Assembly (NCBI GenBank): GCA_947503925.1
Contig: CANNFQ010000018.1
Span: 4,125 to 68,124 of the forward strand
Origin: an uncultured Rhodobacteraceae bacterium
Lineage (GTDB): Bacteria; Pseudomonadota; Alphaproteobacteria; Rhodobacterales; Rhodobacteraceae
Direction: 5' to 3'
DNA: 64,000 nucleotides
In this document: positions 55,354-64,000 of the stretch, in pieces
Layout of the letters: every line of letters starts with the position of its first letter
How positions within the stretch are numbered: position 1 is the first letter of the stretch
Notes under the pieces: model-generated
Told to the model about the DNA's origin: nothing
The model's input: only the letters and a program-made list of their open reading frames with translations
The model's database searches: none
Position numbers and translations under genes: made by a program

Positions 55354-56087
55354 GCAAGGGAACCATGCTGCTTTTGGGCGCAAAATCCGACATTGGCCGC
55401 GCTGTTGCACATCGCTTTGCCGCCGCGGGGTATGATATTCAACTGGCCGCGCGTAACGCCGCGGCGCTGGAGGCCACAAAAACCGATCTGGCATTGCGGC
55501 ACAATATTGCGGTGAGCGTCCATGATTTTAATGTGTTGCAGACCGACACCCATGCCGGGTTTGTTGATGCCCTGCCCGCCCTGCCCGATATCGTGGTCTG
55601 TGCCATTGGGCTGATGGGCGACCAGATCGCAAATGAACAGGATTTTGATGCTGCCACCCGGGTGATGCGCAGCACCTATGAAGGGCCAGCGCATATTCTG
55701 GGCCTTCTGGCCAATCGCTTTGATGCGCGCGGGTCCGGGCAGATCGTGGGGATCAGTTCGGTTGCGGGCAATCGCGGCCGAGCCAAGAATTACGTCTATG
55801 GATCGGCCAAGGCCGGGTTTACCGCCTATCTGTCAGGCCTGCGCAACCGAATGGCCAAACGCGGCATTCACGTGCTGACCGTGCTGCCCGGCTTTGTGAA
55901 CACCCAGATGACAGCAGGCATGGACCTGCCGGAAAAACTGACGGCTGAACCCGAAGAGGTGGCGACAGCCGTGTTCAACGGGCTGCGCAAGGGGCGTAAT
56001 ATCATCTATGTGCGCCCCATCTGGTTTGTGATCATGACCATCATCGGGTCGATCCCGGAACGCATTTTCAAGAAGATGAATATCTGA
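55350..56087 (+). CDS. dprE2: Decaprenylphosphoryl-2-keto-pentose reductase-like SDR
   Basis: LGAKSDIG, SSVAGNRGRAKNYVYGSAKAG, PGFVNTQMT; coupled to the dprE1-like gene. Confidence 0.85.
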   Translation: MSKGTMLLLGAKSDIGRAVAHRFAAAGYDIQLAARNAAALEATKTDLALRHNIAVSVHDFNVLQTDTHAGFVDALPALPDIVVCAIGLMGDQIANEQDFDAATRVMRSTYEGPAHILGLLANRFDARGSGQIVGISSVAGNRGRAKNYVYGSAKAGFTAYLSGLRNRMAKRGIHVLTVLPGFVNTQMTAGMDLPEKLTAEPEEVATAVFNGLRKGRNIIYVRPIWFVIMTIIGSIPERIFKKMNI

Positions 56088-56103
56088 CAGGGCAGCCCCG
56101 TCA
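56083..56103 (+). terminator. Possible stem-loop at the end of the DPA operon
   Basis: CTGAC-AGGGC-A-GCCC-C-GTCAG imperfect hairpin spanning the stop codon; no U-tract. Confidence 0.3.
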
Positions 56104-56304
56104 GAACACGCCACCCAGCAGGAAATTGGGGTGCGCAAAGATAGGTCTATGCAACAATGCCTGTCTGTCTGATCACACCTGGTGGCAGGCCCGTTCGGCT
56201 GGGGCCTCACCGCGATCAGGGCGACTTACATTGACAATATCGCACGACCATCAGAAGATAGCTGCATAGATTAGAAAAATTTTTATTCGTTCATAGAGTG
56301 ACCT

Positions 56305-57858
56305 ATGTTGCATCAGTCATCAGGTTTTCACCTGCTTATATCGATATGTGTTACCCTTATCGGGGTATTCCTTACAAAGCTGATACTGGACCCTTCAACA
56401 GGGTTTGATGACGCCAATATCACCATGAACTTTGCCCAGAACATCGCCAATGGCGCTGGCTATGTGTACTATATCGGTGGTGAACGGGTTGAAGGCTCAT
56501 CATCAGCCCTTTGGACCCTGATCAACACGGTCGCGTTCCTATTTTTTGATCATATTGAAAGCCCATTATCCGCTCTGGGCCTGATCATCTGTATCGCCAC
56601 GATTTATATCGCTATCCAGATCACGCATTTGCTTTTGGTGGCAGGCGGGAAAGGCGACGGCCCAGCATGGTTAACAGGTGCTGCGTTTCTATTCTTTCCG
56701 TCCTATTTTGCCTATATGGTCTGGAGCTTGATGGATATGGGCCTGTTCATCCTGCTTTCGCTGACAATGTTTTACTGCCTCATGCGGCTGATAAAGGCCG
56801 GCCCGTCCCGGTTTTATGGCGTAACTTTCATTGTTTGCGCGGCATTGCTGAGTGCAGCACGCCCTGAAGGTGTTGCTGTCGCTGTTGGGATGAGCGCCCT
56901 TTTGTGGATTGGCCTTCGCATCATTGATCAGCAAAAAATCTCTGGCGTGGCGATTGCCGGGCTTGTTGCCGCCCTTGGCATGATCGCCGTTCTGACACTC
57001 ATCCGGCTCTGGTATTTTGGGCAACCGGTCCCCAATACATTCTACGCCAAAGTATCGACAAGCTATGCCAGCCAGCTGATAGCGGGAATGAAATATTCAA
57101 TCCGCTATCTTTATGATCCCATGAACCTGGGGATGATCGCCCTGTTTTTCATCGCAATCGCCGTGATGACACGTATAAAAATCGTCATTGTGTTCTGGCT
57201 GATCGCATTGTGTTGCTGTGCGGGGGTGTTCGGCATTTATTCGGCCCTTGGTGGTGACCACTTCGGGTCTTTCCGGTTTTATCAGGTGCTGACGCCACTC
57301 TTGCTTCCTTGGGCTGTTGCGGCTGCCATTGTCCTGGGGACAACATCCTCAAAACATGCAGACGGATGGCAAAAAAGCATGCGTATACTGGCAAGCGCCA
57401 TTCTGCTTGTCGCTGCCTGGGGACAGTTCACCCAAACCAAAGGCGGCATTGCTATTGATTTTCGCATCGCCGAAGCAGGCCGATTGTCCGGAGAGGTCTT
57501 GAATGATTTTGAGCCCGCGCCATCACTTGGCATTCTTGCCGCCGGCGGCATTGCGATGACATATGAGGGCGCGATTTTTGATCTGCTTGGGCTCAACTGG
57601 GTGGAAATGGCCCATAGTAACCGGTCCGCCATGCGCGTCAAAAATAACAGCGGCTTCAGTCAGGACGTCTTTTTTAACAACCCCCCAGATTTGATCCTCC
57701 CGGAAATTCGCGACTGCGGCTTACCTCCAATGGATTATCAATGGGTTATGGATGAAGTCATCGCGTCGGATACTTTCCAACAGCTTTATCGTTACGATTG
57801 CTACCGTGGGGTGGCTTTCTTCATCAAGAGGGATATTCCTCTGCCCGCTGCATCATGA
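56305..57858 (+). CDS. AftB-like arabinofuranosyltransferase (GT-C)
   Basis: DDANITMNFAQNIANGAGYVYYIGGERVEGSSSALW matches the AftB-type DD..I....N...G.G....GERVE...S..W loop; ARPEG, GDHF, DLLGL. Confidence 0.78.
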   Translation: MLHQSSGFHLLISICVTLIGVFLTKLILDPSTGFDDANITMNFAQNIANGAGYVYYIGGERVEGSSSALWTLINTVAFLFFDHIESPLSALGLIICIATIYIAIQITHLLLVAGGKGDGPAWLTGAAFLFFPSYFAYMVWSLMDMGLFILLSLTMFYCLMRLIKAGPSRFYGVTFIVCAALLSAARPEGVAVAVGMSALLWIGLRIIDQQKISGVAIAGLVAALGMIAVLTLIRLWYFGQPVPNTFYAKVSTSYASQLIAGMKYSIRYLYDPMNLGMIALFFIAIAVMTRIKIVIVFWLIALCCCAGVFGIYSALGGDHFGSFRFYQVLTPLLLPWAVAAAIVLGTTSSKHADGWQKSMRILASAILLVAAWGQFTQTKGGIAIDFRIAEAGRLSGEVLNDFEPAPSLGILAAGGIAMTYEGAIFDLLGLNWVEMAHSNRSAMRVKNNSGFSQDVFFNNPPDLILPEIRDCGLPPMDYQWVMDEVIASDTFQQLYRYDCYRGVAFFIKRDIPLPAAS

Positions 57859-57864
57859 TGATAT

Positions 57865-58698
57865 TTATGCGGGTCGTGCGACATAGTTGAAACTGGTGAA
57901 GTCATCCGGATCATCCAGTTCAAAATGGTTGACCTGTATCTGATTGCCATCATCATCGACACAAAACACCCGATAGCCGTGTTCTGAAAGGATGTCCCAG
58001 ATTTCCTGTGCAACCTGCCTTTGATGGGTGCAGGTATCTTCGGGCAGAAAGTCGTGATCATCGCCAGTAAAATTGGGCATAACTTCAAAGAAAAGAATGG
58101 GTTGGGCGTTTTTTAAGGTCTTTTGCAATCCCTCCAATACGCTGAGTTCAGCCCCTTCGACATCGATCTTGATAATACCGGGGTTGGTGCATCCAAGTTC
58201 TTGCAATACCGCATCGCCCGCACGCATCTGCACGTAATTGATATTGCTATATGCGCGCCCTTGAACATTTCCGATCAAAGACCCCATTTCGTCGAAAGCA
58301 CCGTTCGAATAGAATTTCACGAGCCTGTCGTCGTCAGACAGTGCGAGCGGCAAAACATGAAAATCCTTGATATCGTTGTCTTTCAGGAAGGTGCCGATCA
58401 GGTGGCAACAGGCATGTTGTGGCTCAAAGCCGAAATACGTCCGGTTTGGATCGACCCCAAGCACCTTGAGCATGGTTTGACCAATATTTGCACCTATATC
58501 GATGAAAGCCCCCGGGCGTTCATCGAGTGCCTCAGCTATCAGCGCATTTATTGCCTCTTCATGATGGACAGTTTGCATCCCGAGGCGATTGGCAAAGTAG
58601 CCTCTGATCTTATACTGGTTCTTGCCTATTTGTAGCGTATGCCCAAGCTGATAACGCAGCAGCGGTAAATGGTAAGACAGCCTTTGAAAAAACGGCAT
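57865..58698 (-). CDS. FkbM family methyltransferase
   Basis: FIDIGANIG, GFEP, IKIDVEGAELSVLEG. Confidence 0.9.
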   Translation of the reverse strand: MPFFQRLSYHLPLLRYQLGHTLQIGKNQYKIRGYFANRLGMQTVHHEEAINALIAEALDERPGAFIDIGANIGQTMLKVLGVDPNRTYFGFEPQHACCHLIGTFLKDNDIKDFHVLPLALSDDDRLVKFYSNGAFDEMGSLIGNVQGRAYSNINYVQMRAGDAVLQELGCTNPGIIKIDVEGAELSVLEGLQKTLKNAQPILFFEVMPNFTGDDHDFLPEDTCTHQRQVAQEIWDILSEHGYRVFCVDDDGNQIQVNHFELDDPDDFTSFNYVARPA

Positions 58699-58844
58699 AA
58701 AAACACCTTGAACGAATTATTTCTCGGTTGCGTCGATCTTGTCACCGGCATCCTTGAATACTGCTGTTCAACGTAGCGTTATTGTATGATTTCGTCGAGC
58801 CACATGATTTTAGGGCCAGTGCCACCTTGCCCAGGCCCGGTCGG

Positions 58845-59735
58845 TCACGTGCCTGATGTCTGATCTGGCCCCTTGGGCGCGTCAGCCTTATCTTCGATCT
58901 TCTGTTCCGGTGTGAAATAGGCACCGTCCCGCAAGACGGCTTCGACATGTTCGACGCCCACGATCTCGCGTTCGCTGATGGACGCATAAAGCATACAGAT
59001 ATCACAAAGCTGGTTGACCAGCCGGGGAATGCCGCCGGTAATCTCATGTACCCTGTCCGACGCCGCCCGACTGAACATATGCGCGCTGCCCCCTGCCCTT
59101 TCGAGCCGGTGGATGATATAGGAATAGACCGTTTTCTGATCCATATGGGACAGATGAAAACTGGATGCGATCCGCTGGGCGAATTGTTTCATGTCGGGCC
59201 TGCGGATGATATCGCGCAGCTCTGGTTGCCCGATCAGCAGCAATTGCAGCAATTCATCCTTGTTGGCATTGATATTGGTCAGGGTCCGCAGCTCTTCCAG
59301 CGCCTTGCGCGGCATGTTCTGTGCTTCATCAAAGATCATCAGCACATGGCGCCCTGCGGCATATTCATTGATCAGGAATTGCTGAAACACCTCAAACCGG
59401 TCGACGTAATCGGCATCCTTATCAACCGGGATTTCCAACGCCATCATCACCCAGCGCAAGAGATCGCCCCTGCCTTCATGCATGTTCGACACCAGGCCGA
59501 CTGTCACCGTTTCATCAAGGTTATGCAGCAGATATTGCAAGAGCGTGGTCTTGCCTGCCCCGACCTCTCCGGTGATCAGGGTAATCGGCGCCCGTGTTGC
59601 CACCCCGTATTCAAGCATCGTGTAGGCGCGTTTGTGATCATTGGTCCAATAAAGGAAATCCGGATCCGGCAGGAGCGAAAACGGACGCTCGCTCAGGCAA
59701 AAGAACTCTGTGTAAAGGTTGAGGCTTGCTGACAT
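58845..59735 (-). CDS. ExeA/GspA-like AAA ATPase (exosortase-system-associated type)
   Basis: YTEFFCLSERPFSLLPDP, ITGEVGAGKTT, IFDEAQ, LIGQPEL, GGIPRLVNQLCD; no peptidoglycan-binding tail. Confidence 0.88.
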   Translation of the reverse strand: MSASLNLYTEFFCLSERPFSLLPDPDFLYWTNDHKRAYTMLEYGVATRAPITLITGEVGAGKTTLLQYLLHNLDETVTVGLVSNMHEGRGDLLRWVMMALEIPVDKDADYVDRFEVFQQFLINEYAAGRHVLMIFDEAQNMPRKALEELRTLTNINANKDELLQLLLIGQPELRDIIRRPDMKQFAQRIASSFHLSHMDQKTVYSYIIHRLERAGGSAHMFSRAASDRVHEITGGIPRLVNQLCDICMLYASISEREIVGVEHVEAVLRDGAYFTPEQKIEDKADAPKGPDQTSGT

Positions 59736-59915
59736 TCGACAGTTCTTTGAACACTATTGCTGCTATTGGGGCCACCACCACCATGTGCTGTTACCGGAAG
59801 TTATTGTATATGACAAAGAAATTGTCGCATCACCACGTCGCGCACCCCCCTAGAGGTGTTTTGACGTGACAGCTCAGGCATGCATCGTTAATTGGCATTG
59901 AAGTGATCATGATTA

Positions 59916-60497
59916 GTGAATTTACACGTGCATATTGAACAGACAGCCTTAGAGGGTGTTTTCATCCTCACGCCGCAGCGTTTTGGTGATATCCGCGGAT
60001 TTTTCAGTGAAAGTTGGAACCGTCAGCGGATGGCAGATGCCGGGCTTGATTACGACTGGGTGCAGGACAACCATTCCCTGTCAGCCCAGGCGGGCACTGT
60101 GCGCGGCCTGCATTGCCAGGCCCCGCCCCATGCCCAAGACAAGCTGGTCCGCTGTGGCCGTGGCGCGCTGTTCGATGTGGCCGTCGATATCCGCAAGGGA
60201 TCCCCCAGTTATGGCCAATGGGTCGGCGTTGATCTGACATTTGAAAATGGTCGCCAGTTATTGGTGCCTGCGGGGTTTCTGCATGGCTTTGTCACCCGCG
60301 CGCCCGATACCGAGATCATCTATAAATGTTCCGATAATTACGCCCCCGATTGCGACCGTGCCGTGCGCTTTGACAGCCCCGAGATCGGGATCGACTGGGG
60401 GTTGGATGCCCCCGCCATCCTGTCCGACAAGGATCGCAACGCCCCAACCCTGGCCCAGTTCGACAGCCCCTTTACCTATGAAGGCCCAATCGCATGA
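59916..60497 (+). CDS. rfbC: dTDP-4-dehydrorhamnose 3,5-epimerase
   Basis: [35 protein letters not shown]. Confidence 0.95.
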   Translation: MNLHVHIEQTALEGVFILTPQRFGDIRGFFSESWNRQRMADAGLDYDWVQDNHSLSAQAGTVRGLHCQAPPHAQDKLVRCGRGALFDVAVDIRKGSPSYGQWVGVDLTFENGRQLLVPAGFLHGFVTRAPDTEIIYKCSDNYAPDCDRAVRFDSPEIGIDWGLDAPAILSDKDRNAPTLAQFDSPFTYEGPIA

Positions 60498-61537
60498 AAC
60501 TGCTTGTCACCGGGGGGGCAGGCTTTATCGGCTCTGCCGTGGTCCGTCTGGCGGTAGCCCGGGGGCATCATGTTATCAATCTGGACGCGCTGACCTATGC
60601 TGCCTGTCTGGACAATGTCGCTCCTGTTGCCGACAGCCCGCTTTATGATTTCGTGCAGGCCGATATCCGCGACCGCCCTGCCCTGGATGCCGCCTTTGCC
60701 GCCCATCAGCCCGATGCGGTGATGCATCTGGCCGCGGAATCCCATGTGGACAGGTCCATTGACGGCCCCGGCAATTTCATCGCCACCAATATCACCGGCA
60801 CTTACAACATGCTGGAAGCCGCGCGCAGCTATTGGGTGCAGGCGGGTAAGCCCGATACATTCCGGTTTCATCATATTTCCACGGATGAGGTGTTTGGCAG
60901 CCTTGGCCCCACCGGCCAGTTTTCCGAAGATACCCCCTATGATCCGCGCAGCCCCTATTCCGCCTCCAAAGCATCTAGCGATCATCTGGTGCGGGCCTGG
61001 GCGGAAACCTATGGCCTGCCTGTGGTCCTGACCAATTGTTCGAATAATTATGGCCCTTACCATTTTCCCGAAAAGCTGATCCCGGTGGTGATCCTGAATG
61101 CGCTAGCGGGCAAGCCGCTGCCGATCTATGGCGACGGGTCCAACATCCGCGACTGGCTTTATGTCGAAGATCACGCCGATGCCCTGCTTCTGGTCCTCCA
61201 AAAAGGCCAGTTGGGCCGGTCTTACAATATCGGCGGCGAAAACGAGCGGAGCAATCTGGAACTGGTGCAGACCCTCTGCGCCATTCTTGATGAGCTGCGT
61301 CCTAAGGCGCATGGGAATTATGCTGATCAGATCACCTTTGTCACCGATCGCCCCGGCCATGATGCCCGCTATGCCATTAACCCATCCCGGATGCGCGATG
61401 AGCTGGGCTGGCGCCCGTCGGTCACCGTGGAGGAAGGGCTGCGCCTGACGGTGCAATGGTATCTGGACAATGAAAAATGGTGGCGCGCCTTGCAGCAACG
61501 TCATGGGGTGGGTGAACGGCTTGGAGTCGGGTCGTGA
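60494..61537 (+). CDS. rfbB: dTDP-glucose 4,6-dehydratase
   Basis: [53 protein letters not shown]. Confidence 0.97.
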   Translation: MKLLVTGGAGFIGSAVVRLAVARGHHVINLDALTYAACLDNVAPVADSPLYDFVQADIRDRPALDAAFAAHQPDAVMHLAAESHVDRSIDGPGNFIATNITGTYNMLEAARSYWVQAGKPDTFRFHHISTDEVFGSLGPTGQFSEDTPYDPRSPYSASKASSDHLVRAWAETYGLPVVLTNCSNNYGPYHFPEKLIPVVILNALAGKPLPIYGDGSNIRDWLYVEDHADALLLVLQKGQLGRSYNIGGENERSNLELVQTLCAILDELRPKAHGNYADQITFVTDRPGHDARYAINPSRMRDELGWRPSVTVEEGLRLTVQWYLDNEKWWRALQQRHGVGERLGVGS

Positions 61538-62400
61538 AGGCACTGGTCTTTGGCACCACGGGCCAGTTGGCCAGGGAACTGGCCCGCAGGGCTGGCCCCG
61601 ATATCACACTGGATATGCGCGGGCACGATCAGGCTGATTTCACCGACCCGGCAGCTTGTGCCGCCATCGTGGCCGCAAGTGATGCTGAAGTGGTGATCAA
61701 TGCTGTGGCCTATACCGCCGTGGACAAGGCCGAGGAAGAAGAACCGCTGGCCACCCTGATCAACGCCACCACCCCCACGGCCATTGCCCATGCCGCAGCG
61801 GCCCGTAGCCTGCCATTTGTGCATGTTTCGACCGATTATGTGTTTGATGGGTCCGGGGGCCAGCCATGGGGTCCAGAGGCGCCCACAGCGCCGCTGGGGG
61901 CCTATGGGCGCAGCAAACGGGCCGGAGAGATGGGGATCACCACTACAAATGGCCCTTATGTCATTTTGCGCACATCCTGGGTGGTATCGACCCATGGCAG
62001 GAACTTCGTTAAAACAATGCGCCAATTGGGCCAGACCCGCGATCAACTGACCATTGTCGCTGATCAGATCGGCGGGCCGACCCCGGCGGCGGCGCTGGCG
62101 GATGCCTGTCTGGCGGCTGCAACAGGGCTGCTGGCTGATCCGGGCAAGACTGGGATTTATCATCTGGCGGGGCACCCTGATGTCAGCTGGGCCGATTTCG
62201 CACGCGAAATTTTTGCACAAAGCGGGATCAGTTGCACGGTGACGGATATCCCGTCCAGCGATTATCCGACCCCGGCCGCGCGGCCTTTGAATTCCCGGTT
62301 GGATTGTGCTGCATTCGAACAGGCTTTTGGCCTGCCCCGCCCCGATTGGCGGGATGGTTTGCGCGATATTCTGAACGATCTGGAAAAGGGGGTGTCATGA
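61534..62400 (+). CDS. rfbD: dTDP-4-dehydrorhamnose reductase
   Basis: [53 protein letters not shown]. Confidence 0.96.
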   Translation: MKALVFGTTGQLARELARRAGPDITLDMRGHDQADFTDPAACAAIVAASDAEVVINAVAYTAVDKAEEEEPLATLINATTPTAIAHAAAARSLPFVHVSTDYVFDGSGGQPWGPEAPTAPLGAYGRSKRAGEMGITTTNGPYVILRTSWVVSTHGRNFVKTMRQLGQTRDQLTIVADQIGGPTPAAALADACLAAATGLLADPGKTGIYHLAGHPDVSWADFAREIFAQSGISCTVTDIPSSDYPTPAARPLNSRLDCAAFEQAFGLPRPDWRDGLRDILNDLEKGVS

Positions 62401-63263
62401 CAACCCGCAAAGGCATCATTCTGGCTGGCGGCTCCGGCACCCGGCTTTACCCGATCACATTGGGTGTCTCGAAACAGCTTTTGCCGATCTATGACAAGCC
62501 GATGATCTATTACCCGCTGACCGCCCTGATGCTGGCAGGTATCCGCGAGATTGCCGTGATCACCACGCCACAGGATCAGGACCAGTTCCGGCGGATGCTG
62601 GGCGATGGATCGCAATTTGGCATATCCCTGACCTATATCACACAGCCATCCCCCGATGGGTTGGCCCAGGCCTTTATCCTGGCAGAGGATTTCCTGGCAG
62701 GCGCGCCATCGGCACTGGTGCTGGGTGATAACATCTTTTTCGGGCATGGGCTGCCCGAACTGATGTCAGCGGCAGATGCGCAAAAGACCGGTGCCACCGT
62801 CTTTGGCTATCAGGTGGTGGATCCTGAACGCTATGGCGTGGTGGATTTTGACGAAAGTGGCACAGTGCGCGGGATCATCGAAAAGCCGGATGTGCCGCCC
62901 TCAAACCATGCAGTCACCGGGCTTTACTTTGTCGATGGCACCGCCCCACAAAAATCGCGCGCGGTCCAGCCCTCCGCCCGGGGGGAGCTGGAAATCACCT
63001 CCCTGCTGGAGATGTATCTGGCCGAAGGCAGCCTGACCGTGCAGCGTATGGGCCGTGGCTATGCCTGGCTCGATACCGGCACGCATGCCAGCCTGCTGGA
63101 TGCGGGGAATTTCGTGCGTACTATCGAGGAACGGCAAGGTCAGCAGATCGGCAGCCCCGAAGAGGTGGCCTTCTACTTAGGCTGGATCAGCCGCGATGAC
63201 CTGTCCCGCGAGGCGCAGAAATACGCCAAAAACGCCTATGGCACCTATCTGGACAAGCTGTGA
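62397..63263 (+). CDS. rfbA: Glucose-1-phosphate thymidylyltransferase
   Basis: [59 protein letters not shown]. Confidence 0.97.
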   Translation: MTTRKGIILAGGSGTRLYPITLGVSKQLLPIYDKPMIYYPLTALMLAGIREIAVITTPQDQDQFRRMLGDGSQFGISLTYITQPSPDGLAQAFILAEDFLAGAPSALVLGDNIFFGHGLPELMSAADAQKTGATVFGYQVVDPERYGVVDFDESGTVRGIIEKPDVPPSNHAVTGLYFVDGTAPQKSRAVQPSARGELEITSLLEMYLAEGSLTVQRMGRGYAWLDTGTHASLLDAGNFVRTIEERQGQQIGSPEEVAFYLGWISRDDLSREAQKYAKNAYGTYLDKL

Positions 63264-63299
63264 CATGAGGGAATGCGCGATGCGATTACGGGGGCTGCC

Positions 63300-64000
63300 A
63301 TGCGTGTCTTACTAACCGGCGGGGCGGGCTATATTGGCAGCCACACGCTGTTGCAGCTGTTGCAAAAAGAAAACGAAACGCTGGTCTTTGATAATTTCTC
63401 CAACAGCTCGCCCGAGGCGCTGCGCCGGGTCAAGCAATTGGCGAACCGGGATTTTGCGATTTGCGATGGTGACATCCGTGATACCGATGGGCTGGATGCC
63501 GCATTCAAGGAATTCCGCCCTGATGCGGTGATCCATTTCGCTGGGTTGAAGGCGGTGGGCGAGTCAAATGAAAAGCCGCTGGATTACTATGGCCAGAATG
63601 TTTCCGGCACGATCGCATTGCTGGGGGCCATGCAGCGCCATGGCTGTGCGCGGATCGTCTTTTCATCCTCGGCCACGGTTTATGGCGAAGCCAAATACCT
63701 GCCCTATGATGAAGACCATCCTTTGCAGCCCACCAACCCCTATGGGCGCACCAAATATTTTATTGAAGAGATCATCCGCGACTGGGCCACATCCTGGCCC
63801 GAGGCCAGCGCGGTACTGCTGCGCTATTTCAACCCGGTTGGGGCCCATCCATCGGGCCGGATCGGTGAAGACCCGCAGGCCATTCCCAACAACCTTGTGC
63901 CCTACATATCGCAGGTGGCCGTGGGTCGGCTTGCCCAGCTGAGCGTCTATGGCGATGATTACGACACTCGCGACGGCACCGGCGAACGCGACTATGTGCA
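63300..64000 (+). CDS. galE: UDP-glucose 4-epimerase (3'-truncated by window edge)
   Basis: atg at 63300: MRVLLTGGAGYIGSHT, IHFAGLKAVGES, FSSSATVYG, PYGRTK, LRYFNPVGAHPSG, PNNLVPY, DGTGERDY. Confidence 0.95.
   Translation, partial: MRVLLTGGAGYIGSHTLLQLLQKENETLVFDNFSNSSPEALRRVKQLANRDFAICDGDIRDTDGLDAAFKEFRPDAVIHFAGLKAVGESNEKPLDYYGQNVSGTIALLGAMQRHGCARIVFSSSATVYGEAKYLPYDEDHPLQPTNPYGRTKYFIEEIIRDWATSWPEASAVLLRYFNPVGAHPSGRIGEDPQAIPNNLVPYISQVAVGRLAQLSVYGDDYDTRDGTGERDYV

Noticed and set aside
60550-60558. GGCGGTAGC ops-like element
   Set aside because: Lies inside the rfbB coding sequence rather than in a leader; probably chance.

Overview
A GC-rich (roughly 60% by spot counts) alphaproteobacterial window, probably Rhodobacteraceae given the exosortase D / VPLPA-CTERM pair (inference). 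Almost all of it is one large surface-glycan locus. Core glycan genes: about ten GT2/GT4/WecB glycosyltransferases, a Wzx flippase, a Wzz/Wzc pair, an O-antigen ligase/Wzy-like protein, a DegT aminotransferase, a deacetylase, AsnB, Sat-CysC, rfbCBDA and galE. Embedded modules: (i) exosortase XrtD with one VPLPA-CTERM substrate and an ExeA-like ATPase; (ii) a PKS-GT2-NRPS-PPTase-SGNH cassette, whose NRPS reads as formyltransferase-A(Gly, interrupted by a luciferase-like monooxygenase)-PCP and whose PKS has a hybrid-type KS and the order KS-AT-KR-DH-ACP-TE; (iii) a mycobacterial-type polyprenyl-phospho-D-arabinofuranose pathway (HAD-UbiA, GtrA, DprE1, DprE2) flanked by two AftB-like GT-C transferases and two methyltransferases; (iv) two signal-peptide-less beta-helix proteins, one with a PA14 domain and an 18-bp tandem repeat; (v) a Phd/Doc toxin-antitoxin pair. 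The leading hypothesis is an assembly-line-made N-formylglycine-derived acyl group plus D-Araf and O-methyl groups decorating an exosortase-linked glycan or glycoprotein coat. No rRNA, tRNA, CRISPR array or transposase was seen. All annotations come from motif recognition by eye; no database search was run.
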